The notes under the pieces were generated by a model that saw only the letters and a list, made by a program, of their open reading frames with translations, did no database searches and had not been told where the DNA came from. A stretch of DNA of 64,000 nucleotides. Source: Rubrivivax sp. Lineage in GTDB: Bacteria > Pseudomonadota > Gammaproteobacteria > Burkholderiales > Burkholderiaceae_C. Numbering within the stretch: position 1 is the stretch's first letter; each line of letters starts with the position of its first letter. The stretch spans positions 15,558-79,557 of the forward strand of contig JANPDN010000206.1 of NCBI GenBank assembly GCA_031431555.1, given 5' to 3'. Both the position numbers and the translations under genes were made by a program. Below, in pieces: positions 1 through 11,155 of the stretch.

Positions 1-816
1 AAATTCGTCGGCATGTTCGATCGCAAACAGCGTTGCCTCGGCGTTGAGCACGCTGATGTTGTAGGGCGGGCGGACCTTGTCGATCTCATCGATCAGCGCT
101 GCGGCGCCGCAGAGATAACCCATGCGCACGCCGGCGAGGCCAAATTTGCTCAGCGTGCGCAGCACCAGCACATGCGGCTGCGTGGCCATCCGCTGCATCC
201 AGCTGCGCGATGAAAACGGCTGGTAGGCCTCGTCGAAAACGACAAACCCGCGGCCTTGCGCAGCCACCGCGGTGACGATGCTGTCGATCACCGCGTCGTC
301 AAAAAGATTCGCGGTCGGGTTGTTCGGGTAGGCGATGTAGGTGATCGACGGCCGGTGCTCGTGAATCGCCGCGAGCATCGCCGGGCCATCGAGTTCGAAC
401 TCGGTGGTCAGCGGCACACCGATAAATTGCAGCCCCTGCAACTGCGCTGACATCGCGTACATCACAAAACCCGGCAGCGGCGCCAGCACCGACCCGCCGG
501 GCACATCACAGGCCATCGCGAGCAGGCTGATCAATTCGTCGGAGCCGTTGCCAAGCATCAGCTTGCAGCCGGCGGGCAGGCCGACAAACTTCGACAACGC
601 GGCGATGGTGTCGGTCACCGGCTGCGCCGGATAGCGGTTGATCGCGGCGCCACCCAGGCGCTCGCCCAGCTTGCGTTGCAACGCTGGCGGCAGCGCATAA
701 GGATTTTCCATCGCGTCGAGCTTGACCAGCCCGGCGCTGGGCTGGATGGCGTAGGCGTGCATCGACTGCACGTCCTGGCGAATCGTGGTTTGCAGGCGGT
801 CGGGCAACGGGCTCAT
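1..816 (-). CDS. hisC: Histidinol-phosphate aminotransferase, first 272 codons (3' end lies beyond window start)
   Basis: Own minus-strand translation from ATG at 816: MSPLPDRLQTTIRQDVQSMHAYAIQP..LDAMENPY..GNGSDELI..LRTLSKFGLAGVRMGY (aminotransferase PLP-Lys region). It stays open to position 1, so it is absent from the ORF track. Same strand as hisG-hisD. Confidence 0.9.
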   Translation of the reverse strand, partial: MSPLPDRLQTTIRQDVQSMHAYAIQPSAGLVKLDAMENPYALPPALQRKLGERLGGAAINRYPAQPVTDTIAALSKFVGLPAGCKLMLGNGSDELISLLAMACDVPGGSVLAPLPGFVMYAMSAQLQGLQFIGVPLTTEFELDGPAMLAAIHEHRPSITYIAYPNNPTANLFDDAVIDSIVTAVAAQGRGFVVFDEAYQPFSSRSWMQRMATQPHVLVLRTLSKFGLAGVRMGYLCGAAALIDEIDKVRPPYNISVLNAEATLFAIEHADEF

Positions 817-927
817 CGGGTGCAGTGCCGGGGCTAAGCCCCCGATGATGCCGCAACAGCAACCACAAGCGCCGCCTGCCCCGCGGCGACGCCGCCCGGC
901 TTCAGCGCCAGGCAACGGGTGCAGCGA

Positions 928-1554
928 TCAGCCCGCGGCTTGCGAGCGCTGGCGCCGGCGTGCCCACAGGCCCAGGCCGGCCAAACCGGCGAGCATCAGC
1001 GCATAGGTCTGGACTTCGGGCACCGCGGTCGCGGTGAACGGGCCGCCATATCCTGGCGCGCCACCCTTGGGCTGGGTGCCGAGCAGGTCGAGCCAGACGC
1101 AGACGGCCGCGCCGCAGGGTTGGTCGATGTGCAGCAGGCCGCTGCCGATGGCCTGCTTGCCATCGGGCGAGATCGTGAAGTCGATCGTCTGTTTGCCGGT
1201 GCTCGTCAGCGAGGTCAGGAAGACGAAGCTGAACTCCAGGTCGCCCTGGGCGTCGATGATGTGCGAGAAGCTGTACTCGCCGCTGGGCATCGCCAGGGAG
1301 TTGATATCCCAGATATCGTGAAACGGCTCGCGGGGCGGGTCAGCCAGCAGGGTGCTGGCAGCACGCAGGCTGCGCAGGCCGACTTCTGGACTGACACCAC
1401 CGCTGAATTCAGTGACGCGGCCAAAACCCAGCAGCTTGAACTCGGTCGAGCCGGTGCTGGTGGGTACCAGTGTCGCGGTGGTGTAAACCTTCGCGGCCAT
1501 CGGGGTGGTGGCGAACAGGGCCAGCGCAAAGGCGGCGGTCAGTTTGGCGTGCAT
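928..1554 (-). CDS. PEP-CTERM sorting-domain secreted protein
   Basis: 208-aa ORF with signal peptide MHAKLTAAFALALFATTPMAA. The C-terminus VPEVQTYALMLAGLAGLGLWARRRQR is PEP motif + TM helix + Arg cluster. Confidence 0.8.
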   Translation of the reverse strand: MHAKLTAAFALALFATTPMAAKVYTTATLVPTSTGSTEFKLLGFGRVTEFSGGVSPEVGLRSLRAASTLLADPPREPFHDIWDINSLAMPSGEYSFSHIIDAQGDLEFSFVFLTSLTSTGKQTIDFTISPDGKQAIGSGLLHIDQPCGAAVCVWLDLLGTQPKGGAPGYGGPFTATAVPEVQTYALMLAGLAGLGLWARRRQRSQAAG

Positions 1555-1712
1555 GGTGGTCTTGATCCCAGATGATTGTTGTTGGGCCTGGCGACTGCGA
1601 GGCCTGGCGAATCTATACCAGAGAATAGGGCGGTCGGGAAGGGCACGTCACCCGACCCGCCACGACGGCGCCGCCGCGCCAACCATCCGCCCTACCGCAT
1701 GCCAACCCGCCC

Positions 1713-4700
1713 ATGACCGAACGCGAGCAGATCGAAACCGGCATCCAGGCGCTGCAAGCGCAGCGTGCCGTGCTCGGCGACGCTGTCGTCGAGATGGCAC
1801 TGGCGCCGCTGCGTGCGCGGCTGGCGGCGATCGAACTGGTGCTGCCCGCCGCCGCCGAACAGCAGCTCAAGCAGGCGACGGTGCTCTTCACCGATGTTGT
1901 CGGCTCGACAACCCTGAGCCAGCACCTCGACCCGGAAGATATCCACGCCATCATGGACGGCGCTTTGCAGCGCTTTACCGCCGTCGTCGCCGACCACCAC
2001 GGCCGCGTCTTGCAATACGCCGGCGACAGCATGCTGGCGGTCTTCGGCGCCGCCGAAGCGCATGAAGACGACCCCGAGCGCGCGGTGCGCGCCGGTCTGG
2101 CGGTGATCGCCGAAGCGCAACTCGTCGCCGCCGAAGTGCTGCTGCAGACCGGCCACGCCGGCTTCAACGTGCGCGTGGGCATCAGCACCGGGCATGTGCT
2201 GCTCGGCGGTGGTGTGGATGAAGAGAACAGCGTGCGCGGCATCACCGTGAATACCGCTGCGCGCATGGAGCAGACGGCGCCGGTCGGCGGCCTGCGCATC
2301 AGCCACGACACCTACCGCCATGTGCGTGGCGTCTTCGATGTCGTCGAGCAGCCGCCACTCCTGGTCAAGGGCCGCGACGAGCCGCTCGTCACCTACTTCG
2401 TGCTGCGCGCCAAGGCGCGGGCATTCCGTGTCGTCACGCGCGGCGTCGAGGGCATCGAAACGCGCATGGTCGGGCGCGACGCCGAATTCGAAAGCCTGCA
2501 AGAGGCCTTCTTGTCGGTCTTCAAGCGGCAAACGCTGGTGCCGATGATCGTGGTCGCCGAAGCTGGGGTCGGCAAGAGCCGGCTGCTCTACGAATTCGAG
2601 AACTGGGCCGAAGCCCAGGCGCGCATGTACTTCGTGCTGCGCGCTCGCGCGCAACCGCTCACCCAACATGCGCCCTACGGCCTGCTGCGCGAGCTCATCG
2701 CCTGGCGCTTGCAGATCGGCGACAGCGACGACGCGGCCACCGCGCGCGCCAAGCTCGTCGACGGCATCGCGCCGCTGTTCGGCGACGAAGGCCAGGCCCA
2801 GGCGCATGTGCTCGGGCATTTGATCGGGCTGGACTTTTCCGACAGCCCGCATGTGCGGGGCCTGCTCGACGACGCCAAACAGCTGCGCAACCGGGCCTTC
2901 CACGTCGCCGCGCAGACGCTGCGCCTGCTGAACGCGCAACTCGGTCACCCGGCGCTCGTGGTGCTCGACGATATCCACTGGGCCGACCAGGGCTCGCTGG
3001 ACTTCGTCAACTACCTGATCCAGGTCAACCGCGACGTGCCGATGTTCCTGCTCTGCCTGGCGCGCCCGGTACTGTTCGAGCGCCACAGCAGCTGGGCCAG
3101 CGTTGAAAAGACCTTCCAGCGCATCGACCTCGTGCCGCTCGACAAACGCGCCAGCCGCGAGCTCGCGCTCGAACTATTGCAGCGGCTGGAATCGGTGCCC
3201 ACCGCCTTGCGCGACCTGCTCACATCGGCCGCCGAAGGTAATCCGTTCTACATGGAAGAACTGGTCAAGATGCTGATCGACGACGGCGCCATCGTGGCCG
3301 GCGCCGAGCGTTGGGCGGTGGTGCCCGACAGGCTCGTCGCGGCGCATGTGCCGCCCACGCTGACCGGCGTCTTGCAGTCGCGGCTGGACAGCCTGCCGGC
3401 GGCTGAAAAACTCGCCGCCCAGCAGGCCGCGGTGATCGGTTATGTTTTCTGGGACCAGGCGCTGGCCGCGATCGACCGCGCCTCAGGCGAGCTGCTCGGT
3501 GCACTCGTCAAGCGCGAGCTCGTGCACCGGCGCGACTCGGACACTTTTGACGGCCTGCGCGAGTACGACTTCCGCCATCAGGTGCTGCACCATGTGGCCT
3601 ACGAAAGTGTGCTCAAGCGCGAGCGCCGCGAAATACATGGCCGCGTCGCACGGTGGCTTGCCGGCTTAGGCCCTGACCGCGCCGGCGAGAGCCTGGGCCT
3701 GACCGCCGAGCACTTCGAGCGTGCCGGCGACGCGACCAAAGCCGCCGAGTACTTCTGCCGCGCCGCCGAACATGCCGCCGCCCGGTATGCCAACGACACG
3801 ATGCTCGCCTACGTTGCACGCGCACTGGCACTCGCCGATGAGGCTGACCACCAAACCCGCTGGCGGTTGCTCGTCGTGCGCGAAAAATTCCTCCGTTACC
3901 AGGACAACAAGGTCGCACATTCGATCGACCTCGAAAGCCTCGAGACGCTCGCGCTGGCCCTCGGCGACGACGCGCGCCAGGCCGAGGTGGCCTACTGCCG
4001 CGCGAGCAGCTTCAATTTTGGCGGCCACTACCGCGAGGCCGAAGCCTGCGCTCATGAAGCGCTGCTGCTCGCCGACCGTGCCGGCGCGCTGACGCTGGCC
4101 ACCCAGGTCGGCTGCACGCTGGCCGACACCCTCGTGCGCCAAGGCCGTTACGACGCGGCGCAGGCGGTGCTCGACGCGCGCCTGGTGATCGTGCGCGACC
4201 AAGGCAGCGACCCGGCAGACGAAGCGCCGCTGCTGCTGGCCGCTGGCGTGATCGCGATGGAGCGGGGTGAGCTGACCCGCGGCGTTCAGCTTTTCGAGAA
4301 GACACTCGGCATGGACCGCAGCAGCGGCAATCTGCGCCGCCAGAGCATCGAGCTGAACAACCTGGGCGCGCTGCATTCGCTGCTCGGCAACTACGCCGCG
4401 GCGCGGGCTTATCTCGACGACGGCTTGCGCATCGCACGCGCCGCCGGCCGCCGCGACCTCGAAGCCTCGGTCCTGGTCAACCTGGCCTCGGCGGCCCATT
4501 TGCAGGGCGACGACACGAGCACGCTGGCCTACGCCAACAACGCTTTCGAGGTCGCCACTGCCTGCAGCCAGCGCGACCTGGTGGCCTACGCGCGCCTGGT
4601 CGCCGGGCATGGCGAGTTGGCCCTGGGCCGGCACAGTTTTGCAGAAACCGCTTACCGCGAATCGCGCAACCTGCTGCTCGAGTTGCAGATGCGCCCGCAG

Positions 4701-5042
4701 CAGGTGCTCGACCCGGTCGCCGGCTTGGCGCGGGTGGCGCTCGCGCGAGGCGAACCGAAAGCGGCGCTGGTGCAGGCCGAACTGATCCTGACCCACATCC
4801 ACGCTGGCGGCAATTTTGATGGCGCCGAAGAGCCCCTGCGCCCGCCGCTGACCTGCTACCACGTGCTCGCCGCCGCAGGCGACCCGCGCGCTGACGCAGT
4901 GCTCACGCAGGCCCATGTCGATTTGATGAAACAGGCCGACCGCATCGACGACGCGCAAGCCCGGCGTGGCTTCTTGAACAACGTGCCACACAACCGCGAG
5001 ATCGTCGCCGCCTGGTCGCGCCGGCAAGCGGCCAGTGTCTAA
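1713..5042 (+). CDS. Class III adenylate/guanylate cyclase fused to STAND-type P-loop ATPase and TPR-like repeats
   Basis: 1109-aa ORF. Cyclase motifs [12 protein letters not shown] and [11 protein letters not shown]; P-loop [11 protein letters not shown]; Walker [12 protein letters not shown]; long helical-repeat C-terminus. Confidence 0.9.
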   Translation: MTEREQIETGIQALQAQRAVLGDAVVEMALAPLRARLAAIELVLPAAAEQQLKQATVLFTDVVGSTTLSQHLDPEDIHAIMDGALQRFTAVVADHHGRVLQYAGDSMLAVFGAAEAHEDDPERAVRAGLAVIAEAQLVAAEVLLQTGHAGFNVRVGISTGHVLLGGGVDEENSVRGITVNTAARMEQTAPVGGLRISHDTYRHVRGVFDVVEQPPLLVKGRDEPLVTYFVLRAKARAFRVVTRGVEGIETRMVGRDAEFESLQEAFLSVFKRQTLVPMIVVAEAGVGKSRLLYEFENWAEAQARMYFVLRARAQPLTQHAPYGLLRELIAWRLQIGDSDDAATARAKLVDGIAPLFGDEGQAQAHVLGHLIGLDFSDSPHVRGLLDDAKQLRNRAFHVAAQTLRLLNAQLGHPALVVLDDIHWADQGSLDFVNYLIQVNRDVPMFLLCLARPVLFERHSSWASVEKTFQRIDLVPLDKRASRELALELLQRLESVPTALRDLLTSAAEGNPFYMEELVKMLIDDGAIVAGAERWAVVPDRLVAAHVPPTLTGVLQSRLDSLPAAEKLAAQQAAVIGYVFWDQALAAIDRASGELLGALVKRELVHRRDSDTFDGLREYDFRHQVLHHVAYESVLKRERREIHGRVARWLAGLGPDRAGESLGLTAEHFERAGDATKAAEYFCRAAEHAAARYANDTMLAYVARALALADEADHQTRWRLLVVREKFLRYQDNKVAHSIDLESLETLALALGDDARQAEVAYCRASSFNFGGHYREAEACAHEALLLADRAGALTLATQVGCTLADTLVRQGRYDAAQAVLDARLVIVRDQGSDPADEAPLLLAAGVIAMERGELTRGVQLFEKTLGMDRSSGNLRRQSIELNNLGALHSLLGNYAAARAYLDDGLRIARAAGRRDLEASVLVNLASAAHLQGDDTSTLAYANNAFEVATACSQRDLVAYARLVAGHGELALGRHSFAETAYRESRNLLLELQMRPQQVLDPVAGLARVALARGEPKAALVQAELILTHIHAGGNFDGAEEPLRPPLTCYHVLAAAGDPRADAVLTQAHVDLMKQADRIDDAQARRGFLNNVPHNREIVAAWSRRQAASV

Positions 5043-6829
5043 AGCCGCAGGATCATCTTCAACTCGCCGTCGTCGACTTCGCCGGTGTAGCTGAAGCCGA
5101 GCTTTTCGTAGAACGGGCCCGCATGGCCCGGCCCGGCTTGATGCGACAAGCCCACCGAGGCCACGCCCATCCGCCGCGCTTCTTCAACCACCCAGCGCAT
5201 CGCAAGCAGGCCCAGGCCGCGCCGCTGGTAACGGGCGTCGACCATCAATCGCCAGACGTAGAGCTGTTCTTGCGGCTTCTTCGCGTCGGCGCGTGCGTCG
5301 TAGAGCAGCAGCAGGCCAACCGGCAACTCGCCGTCGTACAGCCCCAGCGGCCGGCCGGCGGGCTCGTACGCGGCCTGCGCCAGCGAGCGCGCGACATCGG
5401 CGACAAACTGCCGCTGCCCTCGCGCCACTGCCAGCTTGAGCAGCGCGTCGACGTTGTCCTTGCTGACCGCGACAACCCGCAGATCGGGCTCGGCCGGCGC
5501 GGCAGTCGGCTCGCCGCCGCTCAGGCGCATCTCGGCAGCGCGTGCATGTGCTTGCAGGCCTTCGCCGTAGGCCAGCTCGGCAGCGATCGGGCCGAGCTTT
5601 TGTGCGCCAGCAGCGCTGACCTCAATCACGCTGCTGCGCTTGCAAAAATCGTAGACGCCGAGCGGAGAGCTGAAGCGCGCAGTGCCCGATGTCGGCAGCA
5701 CATGGTTCGGGCCGGCGCAGTAGTCGCCCAGGCTTTCGCTGGTGTAGGCGCCGAGAAAAATCGCGCCGGCATGTTGCAGCAGCGGCTCCCAACGCTGCGG
5801 CTCGAGCGCGCTCACCTCCAGGTGCTCGGGCGCAATGCGGTTGCTGATCGCGCAGGCCTCGTCCATCGAGCGGGTGTGGATCAAAGCGCCGCGGCCTTCG
5901 AGCGATGCGCGGATGACATCGCGGCGCGGCATCTCTGGCAGCAGGCGGTCGATCGCCGCTTGCACCTGTTCGATGTAGGCGGCATCCGGGCAGAGCAGGA
6001 TGCTTTGTGCGAGCTCGTCGTGTTCGGCCTGGCTGAACAGGTCCATCGCCACCCAATCGGCTGGTGTCGAGCCGTCGGCCAGGATCAGGATCTCGCTCGG
6101 GCCCGCGATCATGTCGATGCCGACCTGGCCGAAGACCCGCCGCTTGGCGCTGGCGACATAGGCGTTGCCCGGGCCGGTGATCTTGTCGACCCGCGGCACG
6201 CTCGCGGTGCCATAGGCCAACGCGGCCACGGCCTGCGCGCCGCCGATTGTGAAGATGCGGTGCACGCCGGCCAAATGCGCGGCGGCCAGCACCAGCGCAT
6301 TGCGCTCGCCGTTCGGCGTCGGCACGACCATCACGATCTCAGCCACGCCCGCCACCTGCGCGGGAATCGCATTCATCAACACACTCGACGGATACGCCGC
6401 CTTGCCACCCGGCACGTAAATGCCGACACGGTGAATCGCCGTCACCTTCTGGCCCAACCGCGTGCCGTCGGCGTCGAGATAACTCCAGCTGCGCGCGCAG
6501 GCGTCGAGCTGGCGCAGGTGATAAGCGCGCACGCGGTCAGCCGCCGCGCGCAGCGCGCTGCGCTGCGTCGGCGTGATGGCCTGGAGTGCAGCCGCACACT
6601 CAGCGGCCGTGATTTCGAGCGCCTGCACCGACGCCGCCTGCAAGCCATCAAAACGCGCCGTGTACTCGAGCACCGCGGCATCACCACGCAAACGCACGTC
6701 GGCAATGATCGCGGCGACGCTGTTTTCGATCGCCGCGTCAGCCGCAGCCGACCAGTGCAGCAGCCGTTCGAGCTGCACATCAAAATCCGCCGCGGCGGTC
6801 TGCAGCTGGCGGATGTTGACGGCGGTCAT
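5039..6829 (-). CDS. hisD: Histidinol dehydrogenase with C-terminal GNAT acetyltransferase domain (in-frame fusion)
   Basis: 596-aa ORF. Residues 1-436 are HisD-like ([24 protein letters not shown], ending AAEMRL). A 13-aa linker [13 protein letters not shown] follows, then 147 aa of GNAT ([18 protein letters not shown] acetyl-CoA motif). The start overlaps the hisG stop by 4 nt. Confidence 0.9.
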   Translation of the reverse strand: MTAVNIRQLQTAAADFDVQLERLLHWSAAADAAIENSVAAIIADVRLRGDAAVLEYTARFDGLQAASVQALEITAAECAAALQAITPTQRSALRAAADRVRAYHLRQLDACARSWSYLDADGTRLGQKVTAIHRVGIYVPGGKAAYPSSVLMNAIPAQVAGVAEIVMVVPTPNGERNALVLAAAHLAGVHRIFTIGGAQAVAALAYGTASVPRVDKITGPGNAYVASAKRRVFGQVGIDMIAGPSEILILADGSTPADWVAMDLFSQAEHDELAQSILLCPDAAYIEQVQAAIDRLLPEMPRRDVIRASLEGRGALIHTRSMDEACAISNRIAPEHLEVSALEPQRWEPLLQHAGAIFLGAYTSESLGDYCAGPNHVLPTSGTARFSSPLGVYDFCKRSSVIEVSAAGAQKLGPIAAELAYGEGLQAHARAAEMRLSGGEPTAAPAEPDLRVVAVSKDNVDALLKLAVARGQRQFVADVARSLAQAAYEPAGRPLGLYDGELPVGLLLLYDARADAKKPQEQLYVWRLMVDARYQRRGLGLLAMRWVVEEARRMGVASVGLSHQAGPGHAGPFYEKLGFSYTGEVDDGELKMILRL

Positions 6830-7473
6830 TTGGCAGCCCGCTGCACCGCGGCGTCGATGGCGTCGATCAAGGCGCGGATCGGTTCGCGCTTGAGTTTGAG
6901 CGCGGCCTGGTTGACGACCAGGCGCGCGCTGATGTCCATGATCTTCTCGACCTCGACCAGTTGGTTGGCGAGCAGTGTGCTGCCGGTGGAGACAAGATCG
7001 ACGATCGCATCGGCCAGACCGGTGAGCGGCGCCAGCTCCATCGAGCCGTAGAGTTTGATCAGGTCGACATGCACACCCTTGTCGCTGAAATGCTGGCGCG
7101 CGACGCCGGTGTATTTGGTCGCGACGCGGATGCGCGCACCCTGGCGCACCGCAGCGGCGTAGTCGAAGCCGGCATGCGCGGCCACGCTCATGCGGCAGCG
7201 TGCGATCTGCAAATCCAGCGGCCGGTACAGGCCGTCGTCGCTGTGCTCGATCAAGGTGTCCAGGCCGGCGACGCCGAGGTCGGCGCCGCCATGTTGCACG
7301 TAGGTCGGCACGTCACTCGCACGCACCAGCACCACCCGCACATCGGGCCGGCTCGTCGCCAGGATCAGCTTGCGGCTCTTCTCCGGGTCTTCGGTGACTT
7401 CGATGCCGGCAGCGCGCAGCAGCGGCAGCGTCTCTTCGAAGATGCGGCCCTTGGGCAATGCAAAAGTAATCAT
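6826..7473 (-). CDS. hisG: ATP phosphoribosyltransferase, short form
   Basis: 215-aa ORF starting [26 protein letters not shown]. Located between murA and hisD. Confidence 0.93.
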   Translation of the reverse strand: MITFALPKGRIFEETLPLLRAAGIEVTEDPEKSRKLILATSRPDVRVVLVRASDVPTYVQHGGADLGVAGLDTLIEHSDDGLYRPLDLQIARCRMSVAAHAGFDYAAAVRQGARIRVATKYTGVARQHFSDKGVHVDLIKLYGSMELAPLTGLADAIVDLVSTGSTLLANQLVEVEKIMDISARLVVNQAALKLKREPIRALIDAIDAAVQRAAK

Positions 7474-7504
7474 CAGTGCCCGCCCGGCCGCCCGAAGGGC
7501 ACTG
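7474..7504 (-). promoter_or_regulatory. 8-bp-stem hairpin abutting the hisG start codon (possible translational or transcriptional element)
   Basis: cagtgccc-N15-gggcactg lies immediately 5' of the hisG ATG on the mRNA strand. No Shine-Dalgarno is visible. A second GC hairpin (gccccc-ttg-gggggc) is at 7507-7521. Confidence 0.2.
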
Positions 7505-7546
7505 ACGCCCCCTTGGGGGGCAGCGAACGAAGAGAGCGTGGGGGCT

Positions 7547-7681
<135 letters not shown>

Positions 7682-8812
7682 CTACGCACGCAGGTCGGTG
7701 GCCATCACCGTCGCGCCGGACAACATCGGCACGCCTTGCACCACCGCGGTCCGGCCGTCGATGCTGATCTGCGCGCCCAGGCGCACCAGCTCGTTGACAT
7801 GCATGAAGCGGTTCTCGAAAATCGTTTCGCTGATCGTCGCGCTGCCCTCGGCGACGCAGTCCACGGCCATCAACTGGGCCTGCATGTCGGTCGGGAAGAG
7901 CGGATATTCGCTGGTCCGAAAACCCACCGCGCGCGGGCGCTGATCCATCTTGATGCGGATCCAGCCGGCACCGGATTCGATCTGTGCGCCGGCCTCGCGC
8001 AGCTTGTCGATCACGGCGCCAAGATCGCCGGCATTCGCGTTTTTCAACACCACCTCGCCGCCCGCCGCCGCCGCCGCGCACAAGAAGGTGCCGGTTTCGA
8101 TGCGGTCCGGGATGATGTGGTGCGGCGCCGCCGGTGCATGCAGGCGCTCGACGCCCTGGATCACGATGCGGCTTGAGCCATGGCCTTCGATGCGCGCGCC
8201 CATCGCGATCAGCAACTCGGCCAGGTCGGGGATCTCGGGCTCGCGGGCGGCGTTTTCAAGCACCGTTTCGCCGTCGGCCAGCGTCGCCGCCATCATCAGG
8301 TTTTCAGTCCCGGTGACGGTGACCATGTCGGTCGTGATGCGCGCGCCTTTCAGGCGCGTCGTGCGGGCCACGATGTAGCCATGTTCGACCGAAATCTCGG
8401 CACCCATCGCCGCCAGGCCCTTGATGTGCTGGTCGACCGGCCGCGAGCCGATCGCGCAGCCGCCGGGCAGCGAGACCTTGGCCTGGCCAAACCGCGCCAG
8501 CAGCGGGCCGAGCACGAGGATCGACGCACGCATCGTCTTGACCAGCTCGTATGGCGCCTCGGGCGCGCCGATCTGCGATGCATCCAGCGTCACCCGGTCG
8601 GGCTGCGATTCGCTTCGTTCGGCGGCAACGCCCATATGCCGCAGCAGCCGCAACATCGTCGCCACATCCTGCAGCCGCGGCACGTTGGCCAGCGTCACCG
8701 GCGCGGCGCAAAGCAAGGCTGCGCAGAGCTCGGGCAAAGCGGCGTTTTTGGCGCCGGTGATGGTGATCTCGCCGTTCAGGCGGCGGCCACCGCGAATGAG
8801 AAGTTTGTCCAT
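7682..8812 (-). CDS. murA: UDP-N-acetylglucosamine 1-carboxyvinyltransferase, ORF truncated by in-frame TAG (376 aa instead of about 421)
   Basis: [40 protein letters not shown] (active-site Cys loop)..VMATDLRA then TAG. Confidence 0.9.
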   Translation of the reverse strand: MDKLLIRGGRRLNGEITITGAKNAALPELCAALLCAAPVTLANVPRLQDVATMLRLLRHMGVAAERSESQPDRVTLDASQIGAPEAPYELVKTMRASILVLGPLLARFGQAKVSLPGGCAIGSRPVDQHIKGLAAMGAEISVEHGYIVARTTRLKGARITTDMVTVTGTENLMMAATLADGETVLENAAREPEIPDLAELLIAMGARIEGHGSSRIVIQGVERLHAPAAPHHIIPDRIETGTFLCAAAAAGGEVVLKNANAGDLGAVIDKLREAGAQIESGAGWIRIKMDQRPRAVGFRTSEYPLFPTDMQAQLMAVDCVAEGSATISETIFENRFMHVNELVRLGAQISIDGRTAVVQGVPMLSGATVMATDLRA

Positions 8813-8943
8813 GGGCTCGGGCTTCGGATTGGGCTTGGATGCGGAGTGTTGGATTTCAGCGCGGCGGGCAGCGGGCAGCAGGCAGATCGGCGGCGCTTCA
8901 AGCGGCAGCCGACGCCGCCCGAGGGCTCAAGCCGCAGCATCAG

Positions 8944-9249
8944 TCAGGGCCGGTGGTGGCCGACGGCAGCGCCGCTGGGCGCGTTGTCGGCGGCGTTGTC
9001 AGCGACATTCGCAGCCGCAAATTCAGCAGGGGTGAGCGTCTTCATCGACAGGGCATGGATCTGCTCGCGCATTCGATCGCCGAGGGCCTTGTAGACCGCC
9101 TGGTGGCGACGCACCCGCGAGTTGCCTTCGAAGTCGGCGCAGACGATGGTCGCAAAGAAGTGCCGGCCGTCGCCTTCGACCTGTACGTGCTCGCAGCGCA
9201 GCCCGGCGGCGATGAACGATTGGACTTCAGCGGGGGTGGGGTCGGCCAT
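8944..9249 (-). CDS. ibaG: BolA-family protein (IbaG/YrbA-like)
   Basis: 101-aa ORF with BolA-like core HFFATIVCADFEGNSRVRRHQAVYKAL. It sits directly upstream of murA, as ibaG does in E. coli. Confidence 0.75.
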   Translation of the reverse strand: MADPTPAEVQSFIAAGLRCEHVQVEGDGRHFFATIVCADFEGNSRVRRHQAVYKALGDRMREQIHALSMKTLTPAEFAAANVADNAADNAPSGAAVGHHRP

Positions 9250-9450
9250 GCGGACATTATCGGGGACGCGGGTCGGGGCGGTGCACTTGCGCTGCCGCGC
9301 CGGCTGCTGACCTGCGGTTCGCCGCGGACCGCATCCTTTTGGGCGGCGCGAACGTCATAGAACCAAGCGGGCTCTGAACCCGGCGTGCTGCCGCGGCATC
9401 AAGATGCGAGTGCAGAGGATGAATTGCAGACCCTTGAGCGAAAGGCGATC

Positions 9451-9756
9451 ATGAAAATGATGGTGAGCTACAAACTCGAGCCCAACCGGGTCGAAGAAAA
9501 CGAACGCTTGGTCGCCGCGGTCTTCGAGGCACTCCGCCAAGCCGCGCCGCCCGGCCTGCGTTATGCCAGCTTGCGGCAGGCTGACGGGGTCAGCTTCGTT
9601 CACCTGGTTTCGCACGACAGCATCGAGGCCCGCAATGCGCTGACCGCACTGCCGGCCTTCAAGGCTTTTGTCGCGAATATCAAAGACCGCTGCGAAACCC
9701 CGCCGGTCAGCGTTGAATTGACCACGATCGGGTCGTATGGCTTCGCCGCCGAGTGA
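9451..9756 (+). CDS. Small ABM (antibiotic-biosynthesis-monooxygenase)-like protein
   Basis: ATG at 9451 (MKMMVSYKLEP..) preceded by gaaagg. About 100 aa with an alpha+beta barrel-like pattern ..FVHLVSHDSIEARNALTALPAFKAFV... Overlaps the downstream ECF sigma gene start. Confidence 0.45.
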   Translation: MKMMVSYKLEPNRVEENERLVAAVFEALRQAAPPGLRYASLRQADGVSFVHLVSHDSIEARNALTALPAFKAFVANIKDRCETPPVSVELTTIGSYGFAAE

Positions 9757-10723
9757 CCGAAGTCACCCCAGTGGCGCGGGTGAGCCCGCTGCCGCGCCCG
9801 ACGCGCTCATCGGCCTGCTCGGTCAGGGGCGCAAGCAGTTCCTGGCGCTGATCGATCACATCCGCCCGGAGCTGCATCGTTACTGCTCGCGCATGACCGG
9901 CTCGGTGGCCGATGGTGAAGATGTGGTCCAGGAAACGCTCGCGCGCGCCTGCTACGAACTGCCGCAGATGCAGACCCTGCCGCCGCTGCGGCCCTGGCTC
10001 TTTCGCATCGCCCACAACCGCGCCATCGACCAATGGCGGCACCAGGCCCACCGTGCGACTGAGCCGCTCGACATCGCGATGGAGATCGCCGCTGAAACGA
10101 TGCACGAGCCCGACCAGATCCTGGCGCGCAACCAGGCGGTGCAGGCCGCGATCGGTTGTTTTCTCGAGCTGGCGCCGGCGCAGCGCGGCTGCGTGATCCT
10201 GAAGGATGTGCTCGAACACTCGCTCGACGAGATCGCCGCCGAGCTGGGCTTGAGCGTCGCGGCGGTCAAGACCGCGTTGCACCGCGGGCGGGCCGCGCTG
10301 CGCAAGCTGAACGTGGCCGCGGCCGCGTCGACAGCAACGCCGCGCGCGCCGTCACCCGCGCTGGCGAACTACGCAAGCCTGTTCAACGCCCACGACTGGG
10401 CTGCGGTGCGCGCGCTGCTCGCCGACGATGTGCGCCTGGACCTCGTGTCGCAGCGCAAGTCGGCCGGTCGCCGCGACGTCGGCCTGTACTTCACCAACTA
10501 CGAACGCGCAGCGACCGTGCAGTTGGTGCCGACATGGCTCGACGGCCGCGAAGTGTTGGCGGTGCTGCCTGAACCCGCCGCCACCAAACCGAGCTACTTC
10601 ATCGAAGTCGTCTGGCGCGAAGGGCAGGTCGACCTGATCCGCGACTTCCGCTACGTGCCCTACATCGCGCAGGACGCCATTTTCGAGTTGCCGACATCGA
10701 GCCACCGCCGGAGCCCTGCATGA
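9737..10723 (+). CDS. ECF sigma-70 factor with C-terminal SnoaL/NTF2-like extension
   Basis: 328-aa ORF. Region 2 is DGEDVVQETLARA..WLFRIAHNRAIDQWR; region 4 is LDEIAAELGLSVAAVKTALHRGRAALRK. A roughly 130-aa extra C-terminal domain follows and there is no adjacent anti-sigma gene. Confidence 0.85.
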   Translation: MASPPSDRSHPSGAGEPAAAPDALIGLLGQGRKQFLALIDHIRPELHRYCSRMTGSVADGEDVVQETLARACYELPQMQTLPPLRPWLFRIAHNRAIDQWRHQAHRATEPLDIAMEIAAETMHEPDQILARNQAVQAAIGCFLELAPAQRGCVILKDVLEHSLDEIAAELGLSVAAVKTALHRGRAALRKLNVAAAASTATPRAPSPALANYASLFNAHDWAAVRALLADDVRLDLVSQRKSAGRRDVGLYFTNYERAATVQLVPTWLDGREVLAVLPEPAATKPSYFIEVVWREGQVDLIRDFRYVPYIAQDAIFELPTSSHRRSPA

Positions 10724-11124
10724 AAACCGAACTGTTCTACCTGCTGCTCACCGCCATCCTGACCGGCGTCTTGTGGATTCCGGTCGTGACCGGCTACACC
10801 TCCGCTGGGCGCCGCCTCACGCCGGCGACCTACAAGGTCGCATCGACCACACCGCTGCCCGACTGGGTCAACCGCGCCAACCGCGCCCACCTCAACGCTG
10901 TCGAAAGCTTTGCGCCCTTTGCGGCGCTGGTCCTGGTCGCGCAGGCCACCGGCCTGTCCAACGGCGTGACGGCAGCTTGCGCGGCAGTCTTCTTCTACGC
11001 GCGCCTGGCGCATGCCGTGATTCACCTGAGCGGCTTCGGCCTACTGCTGGCACGCACGATCGTCTTCACCGTGGCCTGGCTTGCATTCATGACCTACGCC
11101 GTGGTGCTGCTGCGCACGATGTGA
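10720..11124 (+). CDS. MAPEG-family membrane protein
   Basis: 134 aa with multiple TM helices. Motif ..RAHLNAVESFAPFAALVLV..FFYARLAHAVIH.. is typical of MAPEG. Confidence 0.75.
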   Translation: MKTELFYLLLTAILTGVLWIPVVTGYTSAGRRLTPATYKVASTTPLPDWVNRANRAHLNAVESFAPFAALVLVAQATGLSNGVTAACAAVFFYARLAHAVIHLSGFGLLLARTIVFTVAWLAFMTYAVVLLRTM

Positions 11125-11155
11125 TCGATCCCGACGACCCAACAAGAGGACCCGC

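Noticed and set aside
1692-7051. Long antisense or off-frame ORFs (1692-3086 minus, 3666-5027 minus, 5123-7051 plus)
   Set aside because: They lie opposite the cyclase and hisD genes and are rich in Arg, Ala, Gly and His with no motifs. Such ORFs are expected in high-GC DNA, where stop codons are rare. The same reasoning applies to 25922-27808, 29504-30838, 36313-38424, 40018-41124, 42705-43706, 45701-46582, 46724-47986 and 59881-61821.
7682-7684. TAG in murA as a recoded (pyrrolysine or suppressed) codon
   Set aside because: No pyl genes or suppressor tRNA are present in the window, and the conserved residue at this position is Ser. A point mutation or sequencing error is far more likely.
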